A stretch of DNA of 63,885 bases, counting the filler, from Octopus bimaculoides (lineage: Eukaryota), in the NCBI RefSeq assembly GCF_001194135.2. It is 8 parts of 7 records of this genome, joined end to end, with 100 filler letters (N's around TTAATTAATTAA, not from the genome) between each part and the next. Parts side by side here need not be neighbours in the genome. Positions count along the whole stretch, not along the records: positions 62,469 to 63,885 come from NC_068990.1; 7 more parts are not named here. The stretch is one strand, 5' to 3'. The notes under the pieces are model-generated. The model searched no databases. It saw nothing but the letters and a program-made list of their open reading frames with translations, and was not told the origin of the DNA. Positions 62,963 to 63,885 of this stretch are shown here, one piece after another (the first letter of the stretch is position 1; the number at the start of each line of letters is the position of its first letter). Made by a program: the position numbers and the translations under genes.

Positions 62963-63457
62963 CACACATACACGCACAAGCTAACGGGGGAGTCTATGTG
63001 TGGTCACTTTACCTGTTACACAATAGCGACCAGATTTCCTTCTCGTCATACTATAGCAGCTTAAAAAAAGGAAAGGAGTTGAATAATCTGGAGGACATTA
63101 AGACTAAAAAAATTGGATGGTTACGATTGGATTGCTTTTGCTCATTTATCTGCTCAATGAGGGTGATTTAGGGCTAAACAACAAAAAACAACAACATACA
63201 AACATACCCTACACAGACAGACACGTACATATTGGATTGTAGTAAAGTGTGTGCTTACATAATTTTAAGAATGTATTATTACATTTAATTCTGGATCTAA
63301 ACGAATGAATGTGCTCAGTATATCTAACCTTAAATGTGTTTCCAGTCAAGCAAATTTACAGTTTTCACTGTCTAGTCTGCCAATTCTACATTCATTCGTC
63401 CTAGGCACAGAAACGATATTTAACGGAGAAGAATAATTTATTGTTTCAAATCATATG

Positions 63458-63521
<64 letters not shown>

Positions 63522-63719
63522 TTTTCTACTAAAGGCACAAAGCCTGAAATTTTGGGGGAGGGGACTAGTCGATGACATCGACCCCAGTGTTTCACTGGTA
63601 CTCAATTTATCGATCCCGAAAGGATGAAAGGCAAATTAAGTACCAGTGAGACACTGGGGTCAATGTAATCGACTAGTCCCCGCACCCCAAATTTCAGTCC
63701 TTGTACTTTTAGTAGAAAA
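63522..63719. repeat. Palindromic fusion of two C2 SINE 3' halves
   Basis: Arms 63522-63608 and 63633-63719 (87 bp, 76/87 identical) with a 24-nt loop, extended outward by (AAT)n and (ATT)n. Confidence 0.92.
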
Positions 63720-63720
63720 G

Positions 63721-63885
<165 letters not shown>

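Overview
Repeat-dense, AT-rich animal genomic DNA. About 9 kb is N, in roughly 30 gaps, and there are seven artificial N44-TTAATTAATTAA-N44 scaffold linkers. The tRNA-derived SINE families and extreme microsatellite load resemble an Octopus (coleoid cephalopod) assembly; this is inference from remembered repeat families, not a database hit. Only one host coding exon is supported: 62507-62804 (+), encoding the first two TM helices of an SLC35F3/F4-type transporter. The rest is intronic or intergenic: dozens of SINE copies from at least 4 families, decayed RTE-clade LINE pieces, a DD34D mariner, a DD41D-type Tc1/mariner deletion derivative, hAT, piggyBac and Tc1 MITEs, a probable solo LTR and a 64-bp minisatellite. 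Nearly all listed ORFs are microsatellite or N artefacts. The most interesting signals are (1) minimal type-I hammerhead-ribozyme-like motifs in a Penelope-type repeat, two of them forming an inverted pair around a perfect 36-bp palindrome; (2) a 77-bp inverted repeat at 21.4-21.6 kb whose 10 transition mismatches all give G-U wobbles on the + strand; (3) a palindromic SINE fold-back just downstream of the SLC35F exon; and (4) a bipartite SINE that carries a microsatellite internally. I could not support a wholly new protein-coding system. SINE and LINE boundaries are approximate (about +/-15 bp).
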